From assembly GCA_947259925.1 (NCBI GenBank), contig CAMYOG010000017.1:441-64440 (forward strand): DNA of 64,000 nt, written 5' to 3'. Below the pieces are notes generated by a model, which ran no database searches, had not been told where the DNA came from, and saw only the letters and a list, made by a program, of their open reading frames with translations. The position numbers and the translations under genes were made by a program. This document shows positions 20,105 through 29,004 of this stretch, one piece after another (the first letter of the stretch is position 1; each line of letters begins with the position of its first letter). Source of the stretch: Thermoanaerobaculia bacterium. GTDB lineage: Bacteria > Acidobacteriota > Thermoanaerobaculia > Multivoradales > JAHEKO01.

Positions 20105-20824
20105 CTACTTGCGGCCGTGCCGGGCTACCCCACGCTTAGCGGCCTCGATGAAGGCGAGCATCCGCTCCACCTCGGGCACGCCGCCCCACTCGTCCCGCGC
20201 CCGCGCCACGGCTTCGTTCCGAGTAAGCCCGGAACGAAATAGGGTTCGGTAGGTGCGCCGCAGCGCCTGGATGGTGTCGGTCGACAGACCGCGCCGGTCG
20301 AGGCCGACCTCGTTCAGTCCGACCAGCCGCGCCCGATCGCCGTGCGCCATGCAGTAGGGCGGGACGTCCTGAACCACCATCGAGCCACCTGCCACCATCG
20401 CCAGGGTGCCGACGCGGCAGAACTGGTGGACCGCTGCGTGCGCCGAGATCAGCACCCGATCCTCGACCAGGACGTGCCCGCCGAGGGTCGAGGCGTTGGT
20501 GATCACCACGTCGTCGCCGACCGTGCAATCGTGGCCGACGTGCGCCTGGGCCATCAGGTAGCAGCGCTTGCCGACCCGGGTGATGCCGTCTTCCTTCTCG
20601 CTCGCCCGGTGGATCGTGGCGCCCTCACGGACGACGCTGCCCGCCCCGAGCTCGACCCGTGTCGCGCTCCCCTGGTAGGAGAGATCATGTGGCGGCGTGC
20701 CGATCGCCGAGTGGGGGAAGATCTCGCAGTCGTCGCCGACGGTCGTGCGCCCGTCGATGTAGGCGAACGGGTGGACGATGACGTTCCTGCCCAACTTGAC
20801 ATCGGGCCCGATGTACGGCTCCAC
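20105..20824 (-). CDS. lpxA: acyl-ACP--UDP-N-acetylglucosamine O-acyltransferase (LpxA-like)
   Basis: Hexapeptide left-handed beta-helix repeats followed by a C-terminal helical domain (MEPYIGPDVKLGRNVIVHPFAYIDG...GDDCEI...). No other lpx genes are adjacent. Confidence 0.7.
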   Translation of the reverse strand: MEPYIGPDVKLGRNVIVHPFAYIDGRTTVGDDCEIFPHSAIGTPPHDLSYQGSATRVELGAGSVVREGATIHRASEKEDGITRVGKRCYLMAQAHVGHDCTVGDDVVITNASTLGGHVLVEDRVLISAHAAVHQFCRVGTLAMVAGGSMVVQDVPPYCMAHGDRARLVGLNEVGLDRRGLSTDTIQALRRTYRTLFRSGLTRNEAVARARDEWGGVPEVERMLAFIEAAKRGVARHGRK

Positions 20825-20849
20825 CGGCTGATTCTATGCCCAGCCGGAG

Positions 20850-21245
20850 CTAGCTCTGTTCGCTCATGAGCGCCAGGAAGTTCCCTTCCGAGTCACGGAA
20901 GAAGGCCATCCAGAGCTCGGACGCCTCGGTCTTGTGCACCATGTGGGGCTCGCCCTCGAACCGGGCGCCCCGGCCGCTCAGCGCGCTGTGCGCGGCTTGG
21001 ATGTCCGGCACCTTGAAGTAGAGGATCGACGACGGATGATCGAACTCGGGCTTCTCCGGCAGCGACAGCATCAGCCGGACACCGTCACAGTCGAAGAACG
21101 CCATCTTCGGCGGCGCCTCGAACAGCAGGTTCATGCCCAGCGTGTCTCGATAGAAGGCGACCGCACGCTCGAGGTCGTGCGCGTTGACCGCGATCTGACC
21201 GATGTCGATATAAGTTAGCTTAGCTAACCAAACTTTTGATGTCAA
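20850..21245 (-). CDS. VOC-family (glyoxalase / bleomycin-resistance / dioxygenase fold) protein
   Basis: IGQIAVNAHDLERAVAFYRDTLGMNLLF...FFRDSEGNFLALMS. Confidence 0.65.
   Translation of the reverse strand: MTSKVWLAKLTYIDIGQIAVNAHDLERAVAFYRDTLGMNLLFEAPPKMAFFDCDGVRLMLSLPEKPEFDHPSSILYFKVPDIQAAHSALSGRGARFEGEPHMVHKTEASELWMAFFRDSEGNFLALMSEQS
21214..21228. promoter_or_regulatory. perfect palindrome GTTAGCT-T-AGCTAAC at the divergent MarR/VOC start region (candidate MarR operator)
   Basis: Seen directly, in a locally AT-richer stretch that also contains TTGATGTCAA. Confidence 0.4.
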
Positions 21246-21715
21246 CCGCCCGCAATCGTTCCCGTCCGACTGAGCGCGCCATCGAGCTGGCCGATCGGCT
21301 CCACTCGGCCGCGATCCACCTGCTCCGCCGCCTTCGGGTACAGGACTCGGGCTCGGGCCTGAGCGCGCCCCGATTGTCGGCCCTCTCGGTCATCGTCTTC
21401 GGCGGCCCGATCACCATGACCGAGCTGGCGCAGGCGGAGCAGGTACGCCTCCCCACCGTCTCGCGGCTGGTCGGCGCGCTCGAGGCTGACGGACTGGTGC
21501 AGCGGATCCCCGATCCGGGCGACCGCCGGGTGCAGCTACTGAAAGCGACCCGCAAGGGGAAGCGGCTGCTCGAGGAAGGCCGCCGGCGCCGCGTCGAGAT
21601 GCTTTCCAAGGACCTGCGGCAGCTCTCGGCCGCCGACCGCACGCACCTCGAGCGGACCCTCGGCATCCTCGAGCGGATCACCCTCCCCCGCCACCATCCG
21701 CGCCAGGGTGGTTGA
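21236..21715 (+). CDS. MarR-family transcriptional regulator
   Basis: LSAPRLSALSVIVFGGPITMTELAQAEQVRLPTVSRLVGALEADGLVQRIPDPGDRRVQLLKATRKGKRLLEE. Confidence 0.75.
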   Translation: MMSTARNRSRPTERAIELADRLHSAAIHLLRRLRVQDSGSGLSAPRLSALSVIVFGGPITMTELAQAEQVRLPTVSRLVGALEADGLVQRIPDPGDRRVQLLKATRKGKRLLEEGRRRRVEMLSKDLRQLSAADRTHLERTLGILERITLPRHHPRQGG

Positions 21716-21724
21716 GTCGCGCCG

Positions 21725-22006
21725 CTACATCGCCCGGGCGATCAAGAACTCGGCGTAGTAGGCCGGCCACTCCCGGCCGGGCGAGGTCATCAGGTGCTCC
21801 TGATCGGCCTCGTCCAGCAGCCTGGCGATCGTCGCCTGGTCGAGCTCGGTGCCGAGGATCTCGTTGAGCGCCTCCTGCATCTCGGTCGCGAACCACTGCG
21901 GCCACTCCGGGCTCGAGCCGTCGGTCTCCGCGAAGGCCTCTCGATGGGCGCCGCTCGTTGACTGCAAGAGCTCGACGAGCTTCTCGATCCTCTCGGGTTC
22001 GAACAT
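21725..22006 (-). CDS. hypothetical small acidic protein (93 aa)
   Basis: ORF MFEPERIEKLVELLQ... abutting the upstream gene. No family recognised. Confidence 0.35.
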   Translation of the reverse strand: MFEPERIEKLVELLQSTSGAHREAFAETDGSSPEWPQWFATEMQEALNEILGTELDQATIARLLDEADQEHLMTSPGREWPAYYAEFLIARAM

Positions 22007-22527
22007 CAGGCCTCCTTTCGCTTCAGGTGCGCACTCACGAAGTCCTTGACGCAATCGAGCGTATGACAGACGGGAACTTCGACGGGAAGGTCGGGGATCT
22101 CCGAGCGCAGGGCGACGAACGCGACCACCGGACGGCCGTAGGCGCACGCCAGACGGACCTCGCTCGAGGTTCCGGCGCTCCCCGGAAGAGCGATGATGAC
22201 GTCGGAGCTGAGAACGTTGATGTGGTTGCGCGAGGTCGCCGCCATGCCCTCGGTGCCACTCGTCGGCAGGTGTGTCCGGATCGGGATCTCGACCCACGGG
22301 TTCGGATAGCCGGGCCGTTCGGGCCGGCCCGGGAGGACCCCGATCACCGAGCCGCGCCGCTCCCGCGTCTCCGCGAACGCACGGCTGACGCTCGACATGA
22401 CGCCGTCACCACCACCGGTCAGAAGATGTACGCCCGCGGCCGCCAGCCAGCGTCCCACCTGCGCAGCTCGCTCCTCGTGCGCGTCCGAGCCCGAGCCCAT
22501 TACACCGACGATCGGCAGTGGCCTCAC
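22006..22527 (-). CDS. TIGR00725 / LOG-like Rossmann-fold protein. Probable GTG start in a GTGA overlap.
   Basis: IVGVMGSGSDAHEERAAQVGRWLAAAGVHLLTGGGDGVMSSV...ALPGSAGTSSEV. Confidence 0.6.
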   Translation of the reverse strand: MRPLPIVGVMGSGSDAHEERAAQVGRWLAAAGVHLLTGGGDGVMSSVSRAFAETRERRGSVIGVLPGRPERPGYPNPWVEIPIRTHLPTSGTEGMAATSRNHINVLSSDVIIALPGSAGTSSEVRLACAYGRPVVAFVALRSEIPDLPVEVPVCHTLDCVKDFVSAHLKRKEA

Positions 22528-23063
22528 CCGGCTCCCTTCCGGGTGTCGAGCACCGGCAGGTAGACGCGCCACGGCCCGACCTCGGTCCGATACTGCTTCG
22601 CCATCGTGCGGGTGATCTGAGCGATGTGACCGAGGTCGTGAACGACCCAGGTCGACAGAAGCTGTCGCAGGGTCACCCGGCCGAAGTCCGGGTGCATGCC
22701 GGCCCGCTCGAGATCTTCGTCGGCCAGCTCGACGCCGGTGAGCCACTCCAGGTTGGCGGTCCGCAGCTCGGCGAACGTATCGAGTAGCTCGGCGAGTGAC
22801 TTGCCGCGGCTCTCTTCGAACATCGCGAATCGATCGAACGGCTCGAACGCCCGCTCCTCGCCCACCTCGAGGATCATCCGGGCGCGACCGACCCAGTCGG
22901 TCCGCTCGCCGTGGATCAGATGGCCGAGGACGTCGAACGGGCTCCAGGTGTCCGGCCCCTCGTTCGAGGCGATCCAGCCTTCGGGTAGTCCTTCGAGCAG
23001 CCGCCTCAAGGTCGCCGGCGTTCGTGTGAGAACGGCCACGGCGTCATCGAGTCGGTACTCCAT
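22524..23063 (-). CDS. DinB-family (DinB_2 / YfiT-like) metal-dependent hydrolase-fold protein
   Basis: WSPFDVLGHLIHGERTDW...HDLGHIAQI. Confidence 0.6.
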   Translation of the reverse strand: MEYRLDDAVAVLTRTPATLRRLLEGLPEGWIASNEGPDTWSPFDVLGHLIHGERTDWVGRARMILEVGEERAFEPFDRFAMFEESRGKSLAELLDTFAELRTANLEWLTGVELADEDLERAGMHPDFGRVTLRQLLSTWVVHDLGHIAQITRTMAKQYRTEVGPWRVYLPVLDTRKGAG

Positions 23064-23069
23064 CCGCGC

Positions 23070-23597
23070 CTACTCCTCGGGCGGCGGTGGCAGCGATTCC
23101 AGAAGGTCGATGTAGGCCTCGGCTACCAGCGCACCCTCCTCCAGGCCGAGCTCCTGTATCAGCTGCCGAGCAATCGCTTCGCCGTCCGAGGTGGTCTGCC
23201 CCGACCCGAGCTCGACCTCGAGCTCGAGAAACGACCCGAGGCCGTCGACATCGTCGATGTGTACCCGGGTCTGGCCGATCTGATAGAGCTCGCGCTTCTT
23301 CTTGACCGTGCCCCGGACGTCGAGCGCCACCGCGAGCATCGCCTCGGTCATCGGCGCGTCGTCGACCGGCATCTTGAGGTAGGCCGACTCGGTCGGCGCC
23401 TTGGAGTCGCTGCGCTCGTAGTAGATCAGCTCGGCGCCGGCGCCGCCTTTACGGAGCTTGAGCCGCCCGTTCCGGCTATGGAAGAAGGTGTCCTCTTGCT
23501 CGAGGAGGGTCGGGCCGGCGTCGGCGAGGGCGGCGATCCGCTCTCTCAGAGCCTCGGGCTGGTCGAGGAACGCCTTGATCTCGACATTGTGGGCCAT
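23070..23597 (-). CDS. CYTH-domain protein (class IV adenylyl cyclase CyaB / triphosphatase-like)
   Basis: N-terminal HNVEIKAFL (ExExK-like), ...RLKLRKGG..., acidic C-terminal ELEVEL. Confidence 0.6.
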   Translation of the reverse strand: MAHNVEIKAFLDQPEALRERIAALADAGPTLLEQEDTFFHSRNGRLKLRKGGAGAELIYYERSDSKAPTESAYLKMPVDDAPMTEAMLAVALDVRGTVKKKRELYQIGQTRVHIDDVDGLGSFLELEVELGSGQTTSDGEAIARQLIQELGLEEGALVAEAYIDLLESLPPPPEE

Positions 23598-23665
23598 GAA
23601 CTCGTAGGTATTCTGTCACGACGAGCCGGGAAGGACGCCCGCGGTAGGCCGCCTTCCTCTCAGCC

Positions 23666-23702
23666 GCGCACATCCGATGGAGGGGTTGTCAGGGGAGGGC
23701 CG
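23666..23702. repeat. intergenic partial copy of the GC-rich palindromic repeat family (TCCGATGGAGGGGTTGTCAGGGGAGGGCC)
   Basis: 27 of 30 bp match the aceF intragenic copy TCCGATGGAGGGGGTGCAGGGGGAGGGCC. Confidence 0.6.
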
Positions 23703-23791
23703 GTCCAGAGGCCGATCAGCAGAAACCCGGTTCCCCAACGGATACAACTGAGCGAAATCTCGCGCATCGCGACCTCCTCCTCGCGCTGTTC

Positions 23792-24220
23792 CTAGTCGCA
23801 GGAGCCGATATCGAGGGTGACGCCGAAGTGGCCGCGGTCGCGCGGCCCGCGGTCCCAGCCACCCCGGACCCTGCCCCGGCAGAGGATCTTCCTGGCCGAC
23901 TCAAGGCGATCGCCCGCCTCCTCGCGGAAGCTCTGGGCGTGCGACCGCGACAGGTAGCCGACCTTCAGGCCGTCGATCAACACCGCGACGGCGTTGGAGT
24001 CGTACGGATTGTCGTTCTCGGGCTCGAGCTCGGCGGTCACCTGCAGGTTGACGCCGCGCGGCTTTCTCCCGCCCACGACCTCCTCCAGGGCGGCCTGATA
24101 GTTCGACTCACCGACCGCGCCGATCGAGTAGTGCCCGTCGCCGAGCACCCACACGGTGGCCGCCTCGCCGGCTTCACCGCCCCCTTCGAGGCTCCTCAGC
24201 ATCTTGCCGAAGACCGCCAT
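23792..24220 (-). CDS. stand-alone HIRAN-domain protein (~143 aa)
   Basis: GESNYQAALEEVVGG...ELEPENDNPYDSNAVAVLIDGLKVGYL matches the HIRAN signature. Confidence 0.5.
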   Translation of the reverse strand: MAVFGKMLRSLEGGGEAGEAATVWVLGDGHYSIGAVGESNYQAALEEVVGGRKPRGVNLQVTAELEPENDNPYDSNAVAVLIDGLKVGYLSRSHAQSFREEAGDRLESARKILCRGRVRGGWDRGPRDRGHFGVTLDIGSCD

Positions 24221-24230
24221 CGCGAAACCG

Positions 24231-24833
24231 TCAGACCGCCTCCGACCTGACCATCGCTTCGAGGGTGCGTCGGGGGCAGATGTTGTCGTGGATGTAGTCG
24301 AGCAGGTTCGTGGCCAGCCCGCGAATCCGCTTCTCCACCGCCGGATCGGTGCAGGTGCCGTCGTCGTCGAACACCCTCTGCACCCCGGCGACCGAGACCG
24401 AGCCGGGCAGGACGACGGCGCCGACATGGGAGCAGATCCCCTGCAGCGACTCGAGCGATTTGATCGCGCCGATCTGGCCCGCCGCCACTCCGAGCAGTGC
24501 GACCGGCTTGCCCGCCAGGCCCGACGGAAAGCCCATGTTCTCGATCACCAGCTTGATGACGCTCGAGAAGCCGCCATGATACTCGGGGGTCGAGAGGATG
24601 ACGCCGGTGGCTCCGCGCAGGATGTCGCCCATCCGCTGGGCGTCGCCGGTCGTGTCTTCGTGGCCCGGGAACGGCAGCGTCAGCTCGGCGGGGTCGATGA
24701 CGTCGACCCGCACACCGTCGTGGCGACCGAGCTCGGCGGCCACCAGGTTAGCCGCCATGCCGGTGTAGTTGCCCGGCCGCACGGTGCCAATGACGACCGC
24801 GATCCTGATTCCATCGCTCGACTCTTCAGTCAC
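24231..24833 (-). CDS. NAD(P)H-dependent FMN reductase (flavodoxin-like fold)
   Basis: IRIAVVIGTVRPGNYTGMAANLVAAEL...ILSTPEYHGGFSSVIKLVIENM. Confidence 0.7.
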   Translation of the reverse strand: MTEESSDGIRIAVVIGTVRPGNYTGMAANLVAAELGRHDGVRVDVIDPAELTLPFPGHEDTTGDAQRMGDILRGATGVILSTPEYHGGFSSVIKLVIENMGFPSGLAGKPVALLGVAAGQIGAIKSLESLQGICSHVGAVVLPGSVSVAGVQRVFDDDGTCTDPAVEKRIRGLATNLLDYIHDNICPRRTLEAMVRSEAV

Positions 24834-25605
24834 GTTCCCTCCCTTCGAAGATCAGGCTGCAGCAGGTGACGCCGCCCTCGGCCTTCTTGAGCTCGGACTG
24901 GTCGACCGTGCACACCTTCAGACCGTGGGCTTCCATCCGCCCGCGCGTGCGCTCGAAGCCGTCCGCGTAGATCACCGTATCGCGGAGCCGGAGCGCGTTG
25001 CCACCGTGAGGCTCCGTCGGGTCGACCGGAATCAGCTCGAAGCCCGCGAACCGTCCCGGGTCGACCCACTCCTGCTGGATCAAGAGCGTCCGCTCGGCGA
25101 CCCGGGTGACGGCCGACTTCAGATGCAGGCAAGAGTCGAACTCGACCGGCAGGACCTCGTAGCCGTAGGGCTCGAGGAGCCCGGATAGCTGCTCGAGCCC
25201 CGACTCGTTGGTGCGCGTCGAGAGCCCGACGAAGAGCCGACGATCGACGACCAGAACGTCGCCGCCGTCAACCACGCCCGGCTCGCGAATCTCCTCCAGC
25301 GACCGAAACGGCTCGAGAGCGGCGCGGACGGCAGGGGTCTCGGCGCGTCGCGACGCGGCCCCCGGACGGGTGAGGATCGCGACCTCGTCCAGGACCACCG
25401 CGATGTCCTCCACGAAGACACAGTCCGGCAGCTCGGTGTCCCCGGACAGCTGCACCACGTCGCACCCGAGCTCGACCAGGCAGTCGACGTACAGCCGGTG
25501 CTGCTCGACCGCGAGCTCGTAGTCGATGCGACCGCGCTCGAGATGGGTCAGCTCGCAGCGCTCGACGCCCGGGCTGACCTCACGGGTAATGGCGACGATC
25601 GACAT
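24826..25605 (-). CDS. dimethylarginine dimethylaminohydrolase / amidinotransferase-superfamily enzyme
   Basis: C-terminal catalytic GGVTCCSLIF, and ...VFVEDIAVVLDEVAILTRPGAASRR.... Confidence 0.7.
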   Translation of the reverse strand: MSIVAITREVSPGVERCELTHLERGRIDYELAVEQHRLYVDCLVELGCDVVQLSGDTELPDCVFVEDIAVVLDEVAILTRPGAASRRAETPAVRAALEPFRSLEEIREPGVVDGGDVLVVDRRLFVGLSTRTNESGLEQLSGLLEPYGYEVLPVEFDSCLHLKSAVTRVAERTLLIQQEWVDPGRFAGFELIPVDPTEPHGGNALRLRDTVIYADGFERTRGRMEAHGLKVCTVDQSELKKAEGGVTCCSLIFEGRERD

Positions 25606-25709
25606 CGAAGGAGAGCCATTCTACGCGGCCAACCGAAGCTCTTCGTCGCGCAGAGAAGAGGCGACTGCGATTTCTCAGCCGAGCTCGGGACGGAAGGCCA
25701 CGGAGAAAA

Positions 25710-27053
25710 TCAGCCGTCTTCGAGGGCGACGGCGGCATGCACCTCGCCGCGTTGCCAGGCCTCGTAGAGCGCTTCGAGCCGGCTGGCGATCTCGCGTTGG
25801 CGAGCGCGTAGCGACGGGATCACCTCGCGTCGCGAGAGGACCTTCGACACCTTGGTCCAGAGCCGTCGGGTCTCGCGCCGGCGCTCCCTGATCCAGAGAC
25901 CGACCAGACCGACGATCGGCACGCCCAGTACGACCGCGACACTCGCCCACGCTCCCCAGAGCCAGCCCGCGAGTCCCGCCAGCGCCGCCACCCAGAGGGT
26001 GTAGACGACCACACCGATCAGGAAGCTGTAGGTCGATCGGGTCTCCTGGTCCGGCTTCGCCAGCTTCACCAGCCGGCCGGTAGCCCAGTATGGCAGCCAG
26101 AAGAGCGCGTATCCGGTACCTCCGATGAGCGCCGAGACCGGGTCCAGGGCGTGGTACGAGCGGCCGACCCATCGCCCCTCCCTCCCACCCGCCAGATCGC
26201 GCGGCTCGAGCCCGAGCTCCCGCAGCCGCTCACGATGGTCGAGGATCTCGCCCGCGAGCTCGCTCGTGCCACCCGCTTCACCCTGCCGGCGGAGGGCGCT
26301 CAGCACCGTCGAGATGACGTTGATGCGCGCCAGTTGCTCGGCGGGATCGTCGTAGCTCTCCCGCTCGGCCGCCCAGATGGCCTCGACCCACTCGACCAGC
26401 GGCCGATCCTCCCACCGTTCGAGGTTGACCGTGACGCGGCGCAGCCCCGCGCCGATGCGCCGGGTCAGCTCGCGCACCGCTTCACGATCCTCGTCGCCGC
26501 GGGCTGCCAGGTCGGCCCAATCGACCGGGTCGCCCAGCAGCGCCAGCGCCGCCGATCGGAAGCGCTCCTTGCGCCGGAATAAAAGGCCGATCGGAATGAT
26601 CGGGACGACCTCCCGCTCGCGCACGTAGGTCCCGAGCGCCAGGCGTGCGGCACCGGTCTTGAGCTTGGCCAGGGATGGCTCGCTGTGGCTGATCCCTTCC
26701 GGGAAGATGCCGATCGGGTCGCCCTGACCTAGCGCTTCGAACGCCGCCTCGAAGGCGTCGACGTTGCGGCCGGCCTGGGTGGGATCGTCGATCCTCCGGT
26801 AGACCGGGATCGCGCCCGCACCGCGTACCAGCCAGCCCAGCCGGGCGTCCGAGAAGAGGGTCGACTTGGCGAGGAAGCGCACGTTGCGCTGCGCGGCGGC
26901 GACCACCAGCGCCGGATCGAGCAGCCCGTTGGGGTGATTCGCGACCAGTAGAGCCGGTCCCTCCCCGGGTACCGGGGGGCCCGAGATCTCGAGGCGGTAG
27001 TAGATCCGCGAAGCGCCGGAAGCGATCAGCCGGAGAGCCGGTTGGAGCCACAT
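25710..27053 (-). CDS. PlsC-family lysophospholipid acyltransferase with C-terminal TM helices
   Basis: LLVANHPNGLLDPAL (HxxxxD-type block), FPEGISH, C-terminal hydrophobic helices. Confidence 0.65.
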   Translation of the reverse strand: MWLQPALRLIASGASRIYYRLEISGPPVPGEGPALLVANHPNGLLDPALVVAAAQRNVRFLAKSTLFSDARLGWLVRGAGAIPVYRRIDDPTQAGRNVDAFEAAFEALGQGDPIGIFPEGISHSEPSLAKLKTGAARLALGTYVREREVVPIIPIGLLFRRKERFRSAALALLGDPVDWADLAARGDEDREAVRELTRRIGAGLRRVTVNLERWEDRPLVEWVEAIWAAERESYDDPAEQLARINVISTVLSALRRQGEAGGTSELAGEILDHRERLRELGLEPRDLAGGREGRWVGRSYHALDPVSALIGGTGYALFWLPYWATGRLVKLAKPDQETRSTYSFLIGVVVYTLWVAALAGLAGWLWGAWASVAVVLGVPIVGLVGLWIRERRRETRRLWTKVSKVLSRREVIPSLRARQREIASRLEALYEAWQRGEVHAAVALEDG

Positions 27054-27059
27054 CAGCGG

Positions 27060-28361
27060 CTAGCTTGCCGAGCGGTTCGCCACCTCGATCCCCTCCTTCT
27101 CGTCCACCCAGGAGAGCAGGATCAGGCCGAGAAAGAAGAGCACGAGCACCACCGAGATGCCCACTCGCTGCGAGTCGAACGCCTGAGTCAGGACGCCCAG
27201 CAGCAGCGGCCCGAGGAAGGCGGTCAGCTTGCCGGAGAAGGCGAAGAAGCCGAAGAACTCGTTCTCCTTGTCGTCGGGCACGAAGCGGCCCATGAGCGAC
27301 CGGCTCGCCGCCTGGTTCGGACCGACGAAGATGCCGATGACGATCCCCGACACCCAGAACCAGAAGCGGTTGGGCGCCAGCACCGCCAGGAGCGTAGCGA
27401 CGATCAGCCCGACCAGGGTGATCTGGAGCGTCCTCTTGCCACCGAGCCAGTCGTCCAGAAAGCCGAGACCGAACGCTCCCAGCCCCGAGGTGACGTTGAG
27501 CACGATGCCGAAGATCAGGATCTCCTCGAGCTCGAAGCCGAAGGTGCCGGCGGCGTAGATACCGCCGAACGCGAAGACGGTAACCAGGCCGTCGTTGTAG
27601 ATCAGTCGCGCGATCAGGAAACGGACGATCTGGCGGTACTTACGGATCTCGCGCAGGGTCTCCTTCAACTGGGCGACCGTCTCGCGCACGATCTTGGCGC
27701 TCTTGGCGCCCTCGACCACGTCGTCCTTGACGAACAGGAAGATCGGCACGCTGAAGACCGCGAACCAGGCCGCCACCAGCAGGTTGGTCGCCCGGATGTT
27801 TTGGCCCTGGTCCTTGACAAACCCGAACCACGGCACCTCGGGCTGGACCAGGGTCACCAGCGCCACCACCAGCGCCAGGAGCCCGCCGGCGTAGCCGAGC
27901 GCCCAGCCGTAGCCCGAGATGCGTCCGATCTTTTCGGGTGGCGCGATGTCGGGTAGGAAGGCGTTGTAGAAGACCATGCCCATCTCGAACGCCGTGTTGG
28001 CGACGACGAACCAGAGGAACGCTCTCCAGATCTGACCCTCGCCGATGAAGAAGAGCGCCGTGGTGCCGGCGATGCAGCCGAGAGTGGCGGCGAGCAGGAA
28101 CTCCTTGCGGTAGCCCCCGCGATCGGCCAGCGCGCCGAGGATCGGCGACAGCAGAGCGACCAGGATGGCGGTGATGGTCACCGCCCGCGACCAGAGGGCG
28201 GTCCCCTGGATCTCGTCGCCGACGATCGCCTGGGCGAAGAAGACCGGGTAGATGAACGTCACCACCAGGGTGGTGAACGGCGAGTTGGCGAAATCGAACA
28301 GGGCCCACGCCCAGATACTGCGGCTGTCGTAGGACCGGCGGCCTCCGGACGGGTCGTTCAT
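27060..28361 (-). CDS. MFS transporter (UMF1/Atg22-like)
   Basis: 12-TM architecture, WALFDFANSPFTTLVVTFIYPVFF at the N-terminus. Confidence 0.7.
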   Translation of the reverse strand: MNDPSGGRRSYDSRSIWAWALFDFANSPFTTLVVTFIYPVFFAQAIVGDEIQGTALWSRAVTITAILVALLSPILGALADRGGYRKEFLLAATLGCIAGTTALFFIGEGQIWRAFLWFVVANTAFEMGMVFYNAFLPDIAPPEKIGRISGYGWALGYAGGLLALVVALVTLVQPEVPWFGFVKDQGQNIRATNLLVAAWFAVFSVPIFLFVKDDVVEGAKSAKIVRETVAQLKETLREIRKYRQIVRFLIARLIYNDGLVTVFAFGGIYAAGTFGFELEEILIFGIVLNVTSGLGAFGLGFLDDWLGGKRTLQITLVGLIVATLLAVLAPNRFWFWVSGIVIGIFVGPNQAASRSLMGRFVPDDKENEFFGFFAFSGKLTAFLGPLLLGVLTQAFDSQRVGISVVLVLFFLGLILLSWVDEKEGIEVANRSAS

Positions 28362-28469
28362 CTCGCTCTTTCCTGCAGGTCGAGCCTAGGCTACCGCACG
28401 GGCGTCTCACATATACTCGTGGTCACCCAGAACCTGGCAAGGCTGCCGACCAGCGGAAAGGAGACTCGG

Positions 28470-28739
28470 ATGGCTACCCTCTTTGTGCGACACGATGTCG
28501 TTGACTTCTCTTCGTGGAAGCAGGCGTACGACGACTTCGACGCCGAGCGGCAGACGATGGGCGTGGTCAGCCACGGGGTCTATCAGACCGCCGAGAACCC
28601 GAACAACGTAACCATCTACCACGAGTTCGACTCGATGGACGCCGCCAGGTCCTTCGCGAGCAGCGACCGGCTGCGCGAGGTAATGAGCGAGGCCGGCGTA
28701 CAGGGCGAACCGGCCATCTGGTTCGGCAACAAGGCCTAG
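28470..28739 (+). CDS. small alpha/beta-barrel protein (Dabb/ABM-like)
   Basis: MATLFVRHDVVDFSSWKQAYDDFDAERQTMGVVSHGVYQTAENPNNVTIYHEFDSMDAARSF. Confidence 0.4.
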   Translation: MATLFVRHDVVDFSSWKQAYDDFDAERQTMGVVSHGVYQTAENPNNVTIYHEFDSMDAARSFASSDRLREVMSEAGVQGEPAIWFGNKA

Positions 28740-28752
28740 GGCCGCTCAGCCG

Positions 28753-29004
28753 CTAGCGGTCACGTTTCGGCCAGTAGCCGAGCTCCGGCTCGTAGCAGGA
28801 GCCCTCGAGGTCTTCGACCTTGCCGAGGAAGTACGCCTGGGCGTCCTTGATCGCCTCGTTGTAGACGCTCGGCCCGATCTCCTCGAGGCAATAGTCGAGG
28901 AGCAGCCCGGCCTTGAGATCTCCGATCTCGACCTCGAGCTCCTCGTCGGCGTAGCGCTTGATCGACCGGATCAGCTCCTCGCGGGTCTCTTTCTTCAGCT
29001 TCAC
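28753..29004 (-). CDS. DUF2164-like small protein
   Basis: MKLKKETREELIRSIKRYADEELEVEIGDLKAGLLLDYCLEEIGPSVYNEAIKDAQAYF. Confidence 0.5.
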   Translation of the reverse strand: MKLKKETREELIRSIKRYADEELEVEIGDLKAGLLLDYCLEEIGPSVYNEAIKDAQAYFLGKVEDLEGSCYEPELGYWPKRDR

